Source: Camelus dromedarius
Lineage: Eukaryota
NCBI RefSeq assembly: GCF_036321535.1
Contig: NC_087447.1
Coordinates: forward strand, 39,000,001 to 39,064,000
Reading direction: 5' to 3'
DNA: 64,000 nucleotides
A model generated the notes under the pieces. The model was not told the DNA's origin. It was given only the letters and a program-made list of their open reading frames with translations, and searched no databases. Position 1 is the first letter of the stretch, and each line of letters opens with the position of its first letter. Positions 62,690-64,000 of the stretch are shown here, piece after piece. The translations under genes and the position numbers were made by a program.

Positions 62690-64000
62690 ACATTAGTTTT
62701 AATGAGGTATTATTTGCAAATTCAGTGTCCCATTTTTATCTGTAATTTGATGAGTTCTGAAAATGTATATCGTCCTGTAACCACCACCGTCGTCATGGTG
62801 TAGAACATTTCATTTTCGTCACCACAGAATTCTGCCCCTTTGTGGACAATCTCCTTCTCTGGCCAATGGAAAACACAGACCTGATTTTTATCACTACAGT
62901 TTTGCCTTTTCAGGAATTTCATGTCTGCTTTCTTTTATTTAGCATAATGTTTTTGAAATTCATCAGTGTTGTATTTATCAGTAACTTGTTTATTTACTGT
63001 TGAATTGTATGGTATTGTATGAATATATCACAAGTTTTATTTGTCAGGTGATGAACATTTTGGGTTGTTCCAGGATTTTTTTAAAACTTATATTAGTAAG
63101 TCTACTATGAGGACTCATGTACTTAAGTCTTTGAGTGAACATGTATTCGTTTCTCTTGGGTAAAAACCCAATAAGTGGGATTGCTGGGTTAGATCGTTAA
63201 GTACATGTTTAATTTTATAAGAACTACAAACTGGTATCTAAAGTTGCTTTACCATTTCTCATTCCCATTGGCAATTCAGAGAGTTCTAGTTGTTCCACAT
63301 ACTTTTTAACACTTGTCAGTCTTTTTCATTTCAGCCACTCTAGTGGGTGAATAGAAATATCTAATAGTGGCTTTAATTGGCATTTTCCTCATCAATAATG
63401 ATGTTGAACATCTTCCCTTATATTTACTTGTCCTTCATGTATCTTTTTTGGTCAAGGAAGATATCTTTAAATCTTCTACCCATTTTAAAAAATTGAGTTG
63501 TTTGTCTTTCTATTTTTGAGTACTTTGTATATTCTGGGTAAATGTCATTATCACATAGATTTTTTTTTCAAATATTTTCACCCAGCCTGTAACTTGCCTT
63601 TATAGTTTCATTTGAAGAGAAGACCACTGATTCATATGTAAATGCTCAAATTCTTCAGATTCTTCACATTCAAAATGTGGTCTTTGAATAAATGTCCTTT
63701 GCTTTTTATAATGGTTTAAGTAAGTTAGATTACGCATACCATGAAATTCACCCTTTTAAAGTGTACAATTTTGTGGTTCTTGGTATATTCAGAATTGTAC
63801 GACTATCACTGCTATCTAATTTCAGAATATTTTCATCACCCCAAAAAAGGAACTCTATAATCATTAGCAGTCATTCCTCCCTTTCCCAGCACCTGGCAAC
63901 CATTAGTCTAAGTTTTGTCTCCATGAATTTACCTATTCTGGATGTTCATGCAATGTTTGGTATGTTGTGTCTGGCTTCTTTCATTAGCATAATGTTTTCA
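62690..64000 (-). mobile_element. Old L1 (L1MB/ME-type) 3' fragments, running off the window end
   Basis: GTAGAACATTTCATT, AGTGGGATTGCTGGGT, AAATTCACCCTTTTAAAGTGTACAATT, TTTCAGAATATTTCATCACCCCAAAA. Confidence 0.85.

Noticed and set aside
1..64000. Prokaryotic-type system (defence island, CRISPR, operon)
   Set aside because: The sequence is mammalian repeat-rich non-coding DNA with no gene-dense segment or compositional island suggesting contamination or horizontal transfer.

Overview
AT-rich, repeat-dense mammalian genomic DNA, most likely camelid (alpaca/llama/camel). The taxon call rests on four tRNA-Ala(AGC)-derived SINEs of the vic-1 type and is an inference. I recognise no protein-coding gene, true RNA gene or CRISPR array. 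The supplied ORFs are decayed L1 fragments or chance ORFs. The window holds an ancient, internally deleted MER34-like ERV1 provirus (LTR-PBS(Ser)-SD-PPT-LTR, about 1-3357), several solo LTRs, and many L1 fragments. One near full-length old L1 (about 26.7-35.2 kb) carries six nested insertions. L2, MIR and DNA-transposon MITEs are scattered throughout. The structures not explained by plain repeat annotation are: a 96-nt fold-back hairpin made inside a MIR (41577-41672); a 12-bp-stem hairpin between two CTCF-like motifs (62047-62134); an 80-bp tailless insertion with an 8-bp target duplication (43878-43957); a 46-bp polyadenylated micro-retrocopy (31783-31834); a 54-bp exact templated copy between two L1 tails (59302-59355 and 60458-60511); and a probable L1 3' transduction (60358-60417). 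Repeat subfamily names come from recalled consensus sequences, not a database search, and boundaries of old repeats are approximate.
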